Shown here: positions 1 through 11,200 of the stretch, piece after piece
How the letters are laid out: each line of letters starts with the position of its first letter
Position numbering within the stretch: position 1 is the stretch's first letter
Source: the human T2T-CHM13v2.0 reference genome, Homo sapiens
DNA: 64,000 nucleotides
Assembly: GCF_009914755.1 (NCBI RefSeq)
Contig: NC_060928.1
Reading direction: 5' to 3' (one strand)
Made by a program: the position numbers and the translations under genes
The notes under the pieces: generated by a model
Database searches by the model: none
Told to the model about the DNA's origin: nothing
What the model saw: only the letters and a program-made list of their open reading frames with translations

Positions 1-404
1 GGCCTGCTCACCCCCTCTCCTCTCTCCTCCCTGAGAGTCAGTGGGAGGTGAGGGGAGAGGGCCTGGGAGCCAGTGGCCAGGGTCAAAGCCCAGCTCAGCC
101 ACCGGGCAGCCAGGGCCAGTCCCTGACGAATGAGGGCCACCTGGCCCGGCCACTACAAGGGTGGGGGCAAGGGTGGGGTCAGCACCCTCGCGACGCCCAG
201 AAAGGCCACTAAGGAAGCCGCAGAGCCCAGGCCACCGAGCACAGCGGGGAGAGGAAACTGCCTGGCCCGAAGGAAGGGAGCGAGCGGTCCAGGGGAGGCA
301 CCGTCCAGGAGCCAGCGCCCGGGGCCCCTCCGCAGGATCAAAGGCTGTCCAAGGGCACGGATGCCTCCCCACTCCCACCCGGGTGCTCACCGACGCGCCC
401 GCTC

Positions 405-805
405 AGAAATACAATATTTGTAGGGTCTTTTTCATAAAGGTCTTTATGGGTTTGGAAATTTAAACACCACGGAGCCTGAGTTGAATTGGAAAGCAAACGT
501 CTCTAAGCTTGTACATCTTAGAGCAAAAAAATTCAATTAAGTGGGATTTTAGCTGTTTCAATAAAATTGGACTCTCCCTCTTCAAGATAAGAGCTCTGTG
601 GCGTAGAAGCACCTTTATGTGCCACGAGTATCCACTTCTCCGAAACGCGTAATCCCGGCTCAGGACACAATGCCCACAACAGGAAATCAATGCATAGTCG
701 AATCAATTTGAAAATATAAAATAAACTAATATATGAGTGGAAAATTGACTTCCTATGGATTAAAAGCAGCACAAATAGTAGAAAAATCTAGCTTTTTAGC
801 AAAAG
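405..805. promoter_or_regulatory. AT-rich non-repeat island, candidate conserved enhancer
   Basis: Abrupt switch from GC-rich flank to AT-rich unique sequence; inverted CATAAAG-gt-CTTTATG (433-448, HOX/CDX-type TTTATG cores) and CAATTAA; function inferred. Confidence 0.55.
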
Positions 806-2789
806 GAAGCAGGTTGGGGGGCGGGGTCTGGGAAGGGGCCCGGGAAGCCCTCGGTGCTTGGAGGATGGCACTGGGGCCTAATCTAGCCGAGGAGAATACG
901 GGGCACCCGGTCCGAGGCTCCAGGGCTGCCAGGCGGTACTGAGCCTCGAGGCCCCCGTCACCAGCGCACATAAATGCTGCTGGCATAACCATTGAGTGGA
1001 AGAGTTGATAACGGGACTGTTTTCAAGGGCGGTGTAATAACAACCCCTTCACAGGCATCCATGGCTCCTCTCCTCCCCAGCACGGCTTGGGGTGATGGCG
1101 TGAGCTGCCTGCCCGGGGGATGCAGGGAAGAAACCCACAGGCCCGACAACATCTTCAATGATGCCTTCTCCACATCACCGCCCCCCAGCCCAGATGCCTG
1201 GGAAAGAATGCTAGAGGGGCAGCCCCGCCAGCTGGTGCAAGCATGGCGTGCAACGTCCACGAAGCTGAGCAGGATGGCCTGGACGACGCACCCACCACGG
1301 GGCTCCTGGAGAGAATGGGCAGCCGCCCGACGAGGCCTGCAGGGGTCTCAGCCCTGCACCTCCGCAGCTGTGGGACGCCATGCCTCCTCTGAGATCTCCG
1401 GTCTGTGCCGCCTCCACCCTTTTGTTCAGACATAGCTATCGCTCTCCCCTGAGCCCCCATGACCCACAGCCCCCTGGCCTGCAGGCACTCCTCCTCCAGG
1501 GAGCCCACTCGGTTGCCCCCCTCAGAGCCAGCTCCCACCCCGTCCCCGGCTGCCAGGCCACCCCCTCCCCGGCTGCCAGGTCTCTCCCTGGCCCAGACCC
1601 CACAGGCCCCTGACATCCCATGCGCAATTGGGACTCAGTGCCTATGAGGCTGCCTCGCCCCGACCCCAGCAACCACCCCTCACCCTCTGTCTGACCTGTC
1701 TGATGGGGACCCCTCCTCACCAGCCCCCCGGTCTGTCTCCCCATCACCTCGGTATGTGGTTTCCAGGTGCCCTCAGGGGGCAGCCGGCCTCTCTCTTTTG
1801 GTTTGTTTATTTCCAAGCAACAGACAAAAGCGCCACTCCCGGGTCCCGCGGCTCTGAGGCTTCCACCAACAGGGGAGGCCAGGAGAAGCCCAGTGGGCAA
1901 GCCCCTCGGGCCGCACCCAGGCCCCCGCCAGGCACCAGCCCACCTACCACTGCCCAGAAACCCACCTGCTCATGCACCCACCCACCCATGGGCTCCCAAA
2001 CACACCCCCTCACTACTGTCTCCACCCGCCCAATTCCTCCCCCACCCACCTATGCACCCACCTGCCCACTAAATCCCAAACCCAGCCACCCGTGCGTCCA
2101 TCTATTCAACCAGAGCGTGTCTGTCCACCCCCAGACCGCCTTCTGCCTGTGCAGCCACGGCCCCCACCAGCCTCGACCTGCCCGTCCCGTCATCCATTTA
2201 TTTATGCCCCGCTTGCCGATGCCTGCGGCTGAATAACAACTCTGTGGGTCCCAGCATAGGGTCTGCGGCATGGAGCCTGCCTGGCATGGCCCAGGCAGCC
2301 GCCATCCTCACCAGCCCCGGCCCAGCCTTGCTCTGCTAGTTCTGGGGTAGTCCAGTTAGCACCCCCACTCCCCACTCTGACCCTTGATCCACTCAGCAAA
2401 CCCTTGTGAGCTTGCGAAGATTAAATGAGAGAATAATACTGGCAGCTAATGCAATGCCCACAGGTGCCAACCATGGGCCAGGCGCTGATCCAAGCACCCT
2501 GCTGTGTGCAGGTGACAATGACGCTCAGAACTAGACCTGCCACAGAGTCAACAAGCGTGGACCGCCTGCGGGCTCCGAGCTGAGGGAGAAGCACACGCCG
2601 CCCCTGCCCTGTGAGCTGGCGTTCCAGGACAGAATCGGATATCAAACGAGCACACGGATACCAAGTAAAGGCCCCACCGTCACACAGCAGCCGCCGCTGG
2701 AAACTGAGTTTGGTGGGGGAGGGGCCTCTCTGCCCAGGGACTGAGACCCTGGGATGGTGACAAAGGCCAGCACCGGGTCCCACACGGAG

Positions 2790-2872
2790 ATGACGCCATT
2801 TAACCCTCCCCAAGACGCCAGGGAAGAGGCGTCCTTGTTTGTCCATTTTACAGAAGAGTACACTGAGGCCTC
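2790..2872 (-). mobile_element. MIR SINE fragment
   Basis: ccattttacagaagagtacactgaggc resembles MIR core CCCATTTTACAGATGAGGAAACTGAGGC. Confidence 0.55.
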
Positions 2873-3199
2873 CAGACGCTGGTGGGGACCTCCCAAGCCA
2901 GGCTCCCCATGTCTCTTTCTGGGCCTCCGACCACCGTTGATCAGAGAAGCAAATCTGTTGGGAGAAATCTCGGAGCCACAGAGCCCTGGCAGGGTGCTCC
3001 TGGTGGGGACCAGTCCGGGCTGGCCCGACACTTCCTGCACGCCGGCCTCCCTGTCCCTGTCCTTTCGCCTGCAGCCTCTGCCTCTGCCTATCTCCCTCTT
3101 GGCCTCACTCCTGGGTCCTGTCTCTCTCTGCAGACCGTCCTTCCCACTTCTCTAAGCAGCGGAGGCAGCCACTGCCTACGGCACCCGAGCAGTCCACAC

Positions 3200-3800
3200 A
3201 GTGGACCCCGGGGAGGGAAGCCTCCATGTCCACAGAACAGTGATCACGAAGAGGGAAGCCTCCGCATCCACAGAACAGTGACCACGAAGAGGGAAGCCTC
3301 CGCGTCCACAGAACAGTGGCCCCCGGGGAGGGAAGCCTCCGCGTCCACAGAACAGTGACCACGAGGAGGGAAGCCTCCGTGTCCACAGAACAGTGACCAC
3401 GAAGAGGGAAGCCTCCGCGTCCACAGAACAGTGGCCCCCGGGGAGGGAAGCCTCCGCGTCCACAGAACAGTGACCACGAGGAGGGAAGCCTCCGTGTCCA
3501 CAGAACAGTGTCCCCGGGGAGAGAAGCCTCCGCGTCCACAGAACAGTGACCACGAAGAGGGAAGCCTCCGCGTCCACAGAACAGTGACCCCGGGGAGGGA
3601 AGCCTCCATGTCCACAGAACAGTGACCACAGGGAGGGAAGCCTCCGTGTCCACAGAACAGTGACCACGAGGAGGGAAGCCTCCGTGTCCACAGAACAGTG
3701 TCCCCGGGGAGAGAAGCCTCCGCGTCCACAGAACAGTGACCACGAAGAGGGAAGCCTCCGCGTCCACAGAACAGTGAACCTGGGGAGGGAAGCCTCCATG
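3200..3800. repeat. 38-bp minisatellite (VNTR), ~15-16 copies
   Basis: Unit gggaagcctccgcgtccacagaacagtgaccacgaaga; gggaag at 3215, 3253, 3291 ... 3787. Confidence 0.97.
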
Positions 3801-3819
3801 CAGATCCCTGAAGCCCGCA

Positions 3820-4222
3820 CTCCCGACCGTGATCTGAAAAGGGGTCTTTGCAGATGTGGCTGAGGTAAGGCTCAAATGAGACCCTCCCAGATAAGGGCAG
3901 GTCCCCAACCAATGACCGTGTCCTCCTGAGAAGGAACACAGAGGTGCCAGGGAGCAGCTGGGGAAAACAGAGGCAGAGGCTGGAGTGGCCGCTCCAAGCC
4001 AGGGCACTCCGAGGGTTGCCGCAGCCCCCGGACCTGGAGGAGGCAGGAGGGAGCTCCAAGCCTTCAGAGGGAGCCATGGGGCAAGTACCAGGTACCCCCT
4101 GGTGATGCTGGTTGGTGCCGGGTAAATTCCAGGTGGCTTCTGGGCTCCAGACCGTGAAAGCATGCTGCTGTTTTAAGCTCCACCCCTGCCCGTGGTATTC
4201 ATTCCACAGCCCCAGAGCAAGT
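3820..4222 (+). mobile_element. MLT1-type MaLR solo LTR, diverged
   Basis: ggggtctttgcagatgtg ... ccaatgaccgtgtcctc ... gccttcagagggagccatgg ... ctccagaccgtga ... ctgttttaagc ... gtggta in MLT1 consensus order. Confidence 0.75.
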
Positions 4223-4559
4223 TCCCCTGGGGGCCGTCCTGTGACTCCCCCGGCCACACCGCACCTCACCCGGAGTCCCCAGCCCGCCCCACCCAGCCTC
4301 AGGTCACGCCTTCCTCTGAGCAGCCTCCCTACACTGCACCAGCTCCCGGGCCCCCTCCTCATTCCCTCCTCGGCCCCACCCCCTGCCTCTCTCCTGGCCT
4401 CACCTTGCCCCCTCCTCTTCTCCGGGGCGGGCGGCACCCAGGCCAGACACCTCCTGCCAGCCCATGCTGACGCCGGGGCTGTGCTCAGTACGGGCTCAGG
4501 ATGGGCTCAGGACAGGCGAAGGCGGCCGAGACTCCCGGGCCGGCAGGCCGGTGCCGCGT

Positions 4560-4975
4560 CAGCAGCGGGCTCATTAGCGGAGTTAACCGTCAGGCATAAG
4601 GAGGGGGAAAAAGCTCAATTTGTAAACACTTGGTCAATATGAGGTAAAGCCAACAGGATGGATTTGGGACCACATTGGACAACGCCATCGGCTGCACCGG
4701 ACGCCCAGCAACAGTAGGTAAATTAGGTCATCATTAAATTATCATGAGGAAAAACGCATAATCGGCACCAGCGCTGGTAGAAAGATTACGGTTATTTACA
4801 AAAACCATGCTGTTTGCAAATTTGTGCAAAATTATTTGTTCCTAGCAGAGTTTTATAGAGCTATCTGCACATGATCTCCGCCCGAGATTCCCAGCCCTGC
4901 ATATTAACTAATGTCTGTGGTTTAATTGGAAATAGAACAGGCCACATTGTAAATCGCTTTTCTGCCATCTGTCTC
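4560..4975. promoter_or_regulatory. AT-rich island, candidate conserved enhancer
   Basis: TGTAAACA FOX (4621-4628), AAATTAGGTCA ROR/Rev-erb-type element (4720-4730), several TAAT/ATTA. Confidence 0.6.
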
Positions 4976-5040
4976 TGTCTCCACACGGGGCCTGGGAGTG
5001 GAGGACACAGTGAACAGATGGATGACAGGGACCCTGCGCT

Positions 5041-5131
5041 GCCCGGCCCCACCCCACTCCCCGCCAGAGCCTCAACTTACCCCTGCACCGCCCGGCCCCA
5101 CCCACTCCCCTCCAGAGCCTCAACTTACCCT
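5041..5131. repeat. Two-copy ~48-bp tandem duplication
   Basis: cccggccccac(c)ccactcccc(g/t)ccagagcctcaacttaccc occurs twice. Confidence 0.85.
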
Positions 5132-5810
5132 GGTCACGGCTCAACCCTGACGCTGGCCACAGCCACGGACACTGCAAAGAACCAGCCCCTGCACAGCCAC
5201 ACACAGGGTTGGGGGCGGCCCTCAGTGGGCTTGAAGCGGCAACGGGCAGTAGTGTCTTCAGACCTGAAAATTAAAGAAGGTGACGGAGGCCATGTCTCAG
5301 CCATGTGCGCACTTCGTGGGCCTTTCTTCAATCGAATTGACCATTAGAGCAAGGAGGGTGAAAAACGACCTGGAGCAAAGGGTCGGACCCGATGCCAGGG
5401 ACTCCTGCGAGATCCTGGGTTACTGCCAGGTAAATTCCAGGTCCCAACGGTGCTCCCAGGGCTCAGCCTCACACCTCACTGGGAGGCACTGGGATGGGCA
5501 GGGTGGTTCCTGTCCTTTCCTCGGCATGACCCGGGCCGGCTGTGTCTGTCCGACCCTGAATCAGCTGGTCTGGGAGGTGGACAGAGGGGCTGGGAAGCAC
5601 CGAGTCCCCTCTGGAGGGCCACCCATCACCTACCATCCCCGCCAGGCCTCAGAACAGCCCGGAGCCACACTGCGGAGGGGGAGGCCCCACGAGCCTACAG
5701 GAACTGTTTCCCTGGCTGATGCCTGCCTGGCTCACGAGGTTCCTCACAGTCATATTTGCATGTGTGGACAACAATGAGCACAGACGCCTTAACATAAAAA
5801 GCCCAAGGCA

Positions 5811-5945
5811 GGCCAGGCACGGCGGCTCACACCTGCAATCCAGCACTTTGGGAGGCTGAGGCGGGAGGATTGCTTGAGCCCAGGAGTTCAAGACTGACCT
5901 GGGCAACATAGCCAGACCCTGTCTCAAAAAAAAAAAAAAAAAAAA
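5811..5945 (+). mobile_element. Alu left monomer (FLAM-like)
   Basis: ggccaggcacggcggctcac...gaggattgcttgagcccaggagttcaag...gtctc then poly-A. Confidence 0.9.
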
Positions 5946-6068
5946 GGAAAGAAGAAAAAAGGAAAGCAAAGGGAAGGGAAGGGAAGGGAGGAGAAGGGAG
6001 GGGAGCGGAGGGGAGGGGAGGGGAGGGGAGAGGAGGGAAGGGAAAGGAAGGGCAGGGCAGTGCAGGGC
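5946..6068. repeat. Purine-rich (GGGAA/GGGGA/GGGCA)n microsatellite
   Basis: Directly visible pentamer repeats following the Alu tail. Confidence 0.9.
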
Positions 6069-6722
6069 AAAAAGGCCAAGCCATAGTCAGAAAGCCAGGA
6101 GGCACCTCCCTGTGCCCCGCCACGGTCTTAAACCCACTTCTCCTTCCTTACAGCCCTAGGACAGATGTGGCTGAAGGTCAGGCTCCAGACGTGACGCTGG
6201 GGTTTCCAGTGACAGCCTGAACCCAGTGCTTGGCCCTGTCTGCACTTTTATTCGGAGTGGGGCTTGGGCTAGGGGGTGTGTCCTGAGACGGGGATGGGAT
6301 CTGGATGAACTGAGATGAATTCTGGAAGCTTGGAAACCCCTGAGCCCCGGGTCCCCGTGAGTCTCCCTTGGCAGCAGAAGCTGCCCCTCCCCTATCAGAA
6401 GGGACCCACCCCCCGTGCTACCCCCACGCCAGCACCCCCGGCTGGCTGCCCTCCCCACGACCAGAAGGAAACTGTCCTGTATTCTCTGAATACACAGCCT
6501 GAGGGACAGGAGACCATGCAGGGACATGGGGAAGCAGCGTGAAAGTGGATTCTGAGGGTGTCACACCAAGGGGGACAGGTCTGGGCTGAATGTTCCTACT
6601 CCTGCAGTTGGAGGTGCCTCTTGGAGTTCACTTGGACCCTAGACTCCGTGGTGGCCTGATCCCATGAGGCTGAGATGCCACAACCTCCCTGCACCGTGGG
6701 AGGAGGAAGCCGGGCCACCTGA

Positions 6723-7062
<340 letters not shown>

Positions 7063-7689
7063 TACCCTTACTTTTTAAATATTTGTGGTGTTTGGCACCG
7101 TAGCTATGGGTTACAGAAAGCCCAGGTGATGTCACACGGAATTTACCCCTGCGTGGTGCCTGCGGGGTGGCTGGAGCCAGGGTCTCCGTCTTGGGTGGGG
7201 ACTCGGGGAGAGCTGCAGTGTCCTAGGCAGCCACCTGGGGCCCGGTCACATGGAAGTCAGATGTGGGCCTGGGCCGCCGTGCAGCGATGGCTGTGCCGGC
7301 CGTCTGCCTTGCCTCTCACCTCCACCCCAGCACATCGGCCACTCTGCCCTGGGGCTGGGACTGACCCTTCACCCTTGCTCCCAGGCTTCCGACCACTGCC
7401 CTCTGGTTGGGTCCGGTCAAGGGAGCCCCTGGCCGCAGCCCAGAGGGATTGGGGGCCTGGACCCCTCCACATCTGTCTTGGGTGGCATTTCTTCACCTCG
7501 GCTCCCGCTGGCAGGTGCCTCCTTCTTGATCCTCCTTTTCTAGGAAGCCTGGCCTGGCTCTGCGTCCCCAACTCCAGCTTCACCCCGGCAGCCTTAGGAC
7601 ATGGCAGCGGCCTCCTGCCGTGGGCCACGGATTCCCGCACCGCCTCGGTCACCCGGTCTTCAGGCGCGGCCCCTGTCGAGTCACCCGAC

Positions 7690-7895
7690 AGACTCGTAGG
7701 TTTGTTCTGTTTTTCAGCGCCCTGCGTCAGCTGCCTGCACACCGGGCCCAGCTCAGCTGTGCATGGCTCCAGCACCATTTTAATTATCGTATCCACTGCA
7801 AAATGCGTCATTTCTTGTTGTGTTAGCGGTCGCTGTTTCCTGACTCCCTGCTGTGCGGCTAAATGAGTTAGACGAATCTGTTCTCTCCTGAACTT
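7690..7895. promoter_or_regulatory. Moderately AT-rich island, candidate enhancer
   Basis: ttttaattatcg, tgcgtca and retained CpGs in non-repeat sequence. Confidence 0.35.
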
Positions 7896-8717
7896 GGCGG
7901 AGCTCCTCGGCACCCCACACTGTTCTGGGGACTTGGGCTGCCTCGGAGGAAAAAGAAAACAGATGTCACCATGCCCTGTGGAGCCTGCGTCCTAGTGCGG
8001 ATGTGGCAGTCGGTCCACGGGATGCACGCGGGACCCCAGGTGAAGGTGACCACCGTGGAGGAAGGTGGGACAAGGCGGGAAGGGCTGGGCGAAGGGAGCA
8101 CGGTCACCTGGGGAGCGGCTCCAGACAGGGGACAGCAGGAGGCCCTCGCCACAGCACCTGGTGTGGGAGGCACAGCCAGGGTCATCGTGGCCACGGGCTG
8201 GAGGCCAGAGGGGTCTGTTCTGCGCAATGGCTGCTGAGCTGCAGCGATGGGGTGGACGCCGAGGGGACCCGGGCAGCCGAGAGGCAGCATGAGGAGGGAT
8301 TGGGTTCTGTGCATTTCCATGGTGCAGCCATGGGAACCTCTATGGGATGAAGGGGCCGGGAGAAGCTGCGGGGCCCATGGCGGGGCCTGGAAGGCTGGGC
8401 ACCCCTCACTAGGGACGGGGACTTCTGGGCAGCAAGTGATCGGGGATCGTTAGGATTCAGCCACGTTGAGTGTGAGAAGCCTCTGGGACAGCCGGGTGGA
8501 GATGTTGGGGCCTCCGGACTCACGGCCTGGGAGTCGGCGGCAGGAGGGTGGCCAGTGGTCATCAGCACAGGCGGCTCGAGAGGCCAGGGCCGGACAGAGC
8601 AGGTGTCAAGCCTCGGAGCAGAGGACCCAGAGGGCAGGCACAGCCACAGGCCTGGGAGCCGGGGAGCACAGAGCCCTGGACCCACACCGGAGCACGTTGC
8701 AGAAAGGAAGGGCTGGT

Positions 8718-8900
8718 CATGTGTGTGTAGCGTGTCCGTGAGTGTCTGCGTGTGTCTCTGTGACCATGTGTCTCTGTAAGGGATTCTGTGTATTTCTGTG
8801 TCAGTATCTCTGTGTGTCCACGTGTGTCCACATGTGTCTGCATGTGGGATGCCGAGTACCTGTGTGTGTCCACGTGTGTCTGTCTAGGTGCATGTGGTCT
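8718..8900. repeat. Degenerate (TG)n low-complexity tract
   Basis: tgtgtgtc-type repeats. Confidence 0.85.
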
Positions 8901-9289
8901 GGGGCTGCACAGAGGCTGGGTGGGGATGCTGACAACCATCCCAGACTGAGCCCTGTAGCCCCGAGAGGAGGGCGTCGGTAGCCTGTGGAGCATGGCTGGG
9001 AGGGACCCCTGGAGCTGAAGCAGACAGGTCAGGGTCACCGTGACTGTCTCCCGCCCTGGTTCTGGGACCCTGGGCCTCAGGGTCTGGGCCACCTCTCCCT
9101 GGCCGGGTGGAGCAGCTCCATGGCAACCCAGGTCCCCACCATCCAGGACAGGGTCTGCCTCAGCCTCGGGTGGCCGAGCCAGGCAGGGTGAGGCCGAGAG
9201 GGCAGAGGATGGGAAGCCCAGGTACCCACTTCCGCCGCCGGCCCCACCGGCCTCCCTCACCCCTCCCAACAACCCACGGCCTGGGAGTG

Positions 9290-9700
9290 TCGATTCTGCG
9301 CCACTAACTCATTGATCGCCTTGCCCGGGTTAATTAATTAATTAGGGGCAGCCATGGAGCACAGTGGGCTGGGGCCAAGGAGGGACCCCAGCGCCGGGAG
9401 CTTTATTAGTACATAAAATGGGTGTTTAAAACACACACGGCCACGAGCGTGCAGTTGAGGCTTTTCATTAAACAAACCTATAACATTACGTGCCTCATTA
9501 TGTATTTCGAGACTTCCCCTGCCTTCCGCGCTCCCTCTCCACCTGCCTCCCCGCGCACTCCAAGTGCCTATTTGAAATCAATTTCTCTAATAATGGACTT
9601 AATGAGCTCATCAATTAGAGCTGCCATAACCGAGTGTCGTGGGCTCTGCGGTTATCAGTTAAACTCTGGAACTAATTTCCATGCTTCATCTATCACGGGG
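9290..9700. promoter_or_regulatory. AT-rich island, candidate conserved enhancer
   Basis: TTAATTAATTAATTA (9330-9344), tttattag, cataaaa, cattaaa, taataat, caattag. Confidence 0.62.
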
Positions 9701-11129
9701 CGCCCGCGACGTGGGGCTGCTGCTCTGGGACGATAGGGAGACCCCAGGCCCTTCCCGCAGGTCTCGGGGCCATCCCTGGAAGAGGACAATGAGGACAGAG
9801 TGGCCCACCTGGCCGAGAGCGGCCGAGGCGCGAGGCCGGTGTCATTAGTGGTAATGGATGGCCGGCGCGGGCCCAGATAAGACGTCCTTCCACATGGTCA
9901 GCCCCATTAGGCTGTTCTCGTCTCGCCCCAAACCCTCTAAATAACACCCCAGCATGGTAGGAGGCCAGCTGCCTGGGGACTGTGGTGCCTCAAATCCTGC
10001 GGCTCCCGCCTGCTGTCCAGCCCAGGGCTGGCGTGGGCCGGGCGAGAGCACCCATGGGCAGGCAGAGCTGGCAGGACCCCAGTGGTCAGGAAGGGAACCT
10101 GGAGAGAAGGTTCCAGAAGCTGACTGGGGATGGGCGTTGGGAAGGGAGGTGTCAGGGCATCCAGGGCTGCTGCTGGACACGGCAGTGTGGGTCCGCAGGT
10201 CTAACAGGCAGTGGTCTGGAAGGGGCTGCTGCGGGGAGGGCCGAGCAGAAGGAGGGTGGCCCGTGTGGGTGGGCAGGGCCGAGGCCAGGATGTTGAAAGC
10301 AGGATCTGCTCTGCCCGCTGCGCCCAGCTCTTGGGACAGTCTGGTGCGCAATGAGGCTCGAAACAGGCGGACGGATGGGCAAAGGGAAGCTCAGACAGCT
10401 GCCTCTGCCCCAGCTAGGGGTGCTTCCCAGAAAAAGCAGACCCCGCACCTGAGGTCCTGGATACAGGGACAAGGACCTGGAGAGGGACAAGGGGCACCAG
10501 AGCTGCAGACCCAGGACTGTGTGTCTCCTAAGCCAGACACCTCCTGGACTGAAGGAGAGGAGGAAATGGGCCTCTTACCTGGGGTACTCTTGGGAAACTG
10601 AGGCACAGAGCTTGTGCCTCCCTGCCCAAGCCAGAGACCACGGGGCCAGCTCCCCACGGGGTGAGTGTTGCCCACATGGTCCCTGCCCCAGCCTTGGCCT
10701 GGCTGTCTCTGCTAGGGTGGTTCAAGGTGTCCTCAACAACCCCATGGCTGGGCCCGGGGTCTCTGGGCAACTCCTCACCTGCCTGGCCCGTCCTCCCTGC
10801 AGCCCTAGAGGCCCCTGAGTCTCCATCCAAGCCATGCACCCCCATCCCAGCCTCAAGCCGAGGACCGCCCTTCCTCCTGTCCTGCCCAGAAAAGCCTGAA
10901 ACAGTTCACTCAGTCACCCCTAGGGACCCCACCCGTTGCTGCCCAGGCCCCATGCACTTTGGAGAGCTGGCGTGGGGAGGTGGGTGGTGATTTGGGCAGG
11001 TGAAGGGCCAGGGTGGGGGCACTGGAGGAGCAAGGAGCCTGGGAACCACCTCTCCCTTCCACCCTGCCCACCCTTCCACCCCCACCCCTGCCCCAGGGTG
11101 TCTCTGGTGTCTCCACTTAGCCCCTGCCC

Positions 11130-11200
11130 CCTTCGATTTGTCATAATCAGCTCGGCTTTCTCATTAGCGAGAGGCCATTAATGAAGCTTTATCAGCAGCT
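11130..11200. promoter_or_regulatory. Short AT-rich motif island
   Basis: tgtcataatcag...tcattag...cattaatg...tttatc within ~70 bp of otherwise GC-rich DNA. Confidence 0.4.

Noticed and set aside
3225-3780. AGAACA steroid-receptor half-sites in each VNTR unit
   Set aside because: No inverted partner at 3-bp spacing, so not a GRE/ARE
3200-3800. CRISPR-like appearance of regular 38-bp repeats (also 62272-62918)
   Set aside because: No unique spacers, no cas genes, primate DNA; these are head-to-tail minisatellites
3105-4437. 214-397-aa minus-strand ORFs with repeated HCSVDAEASL
   Set aside because: Translations of the 38-bp VNTR and an MLT1 LTR
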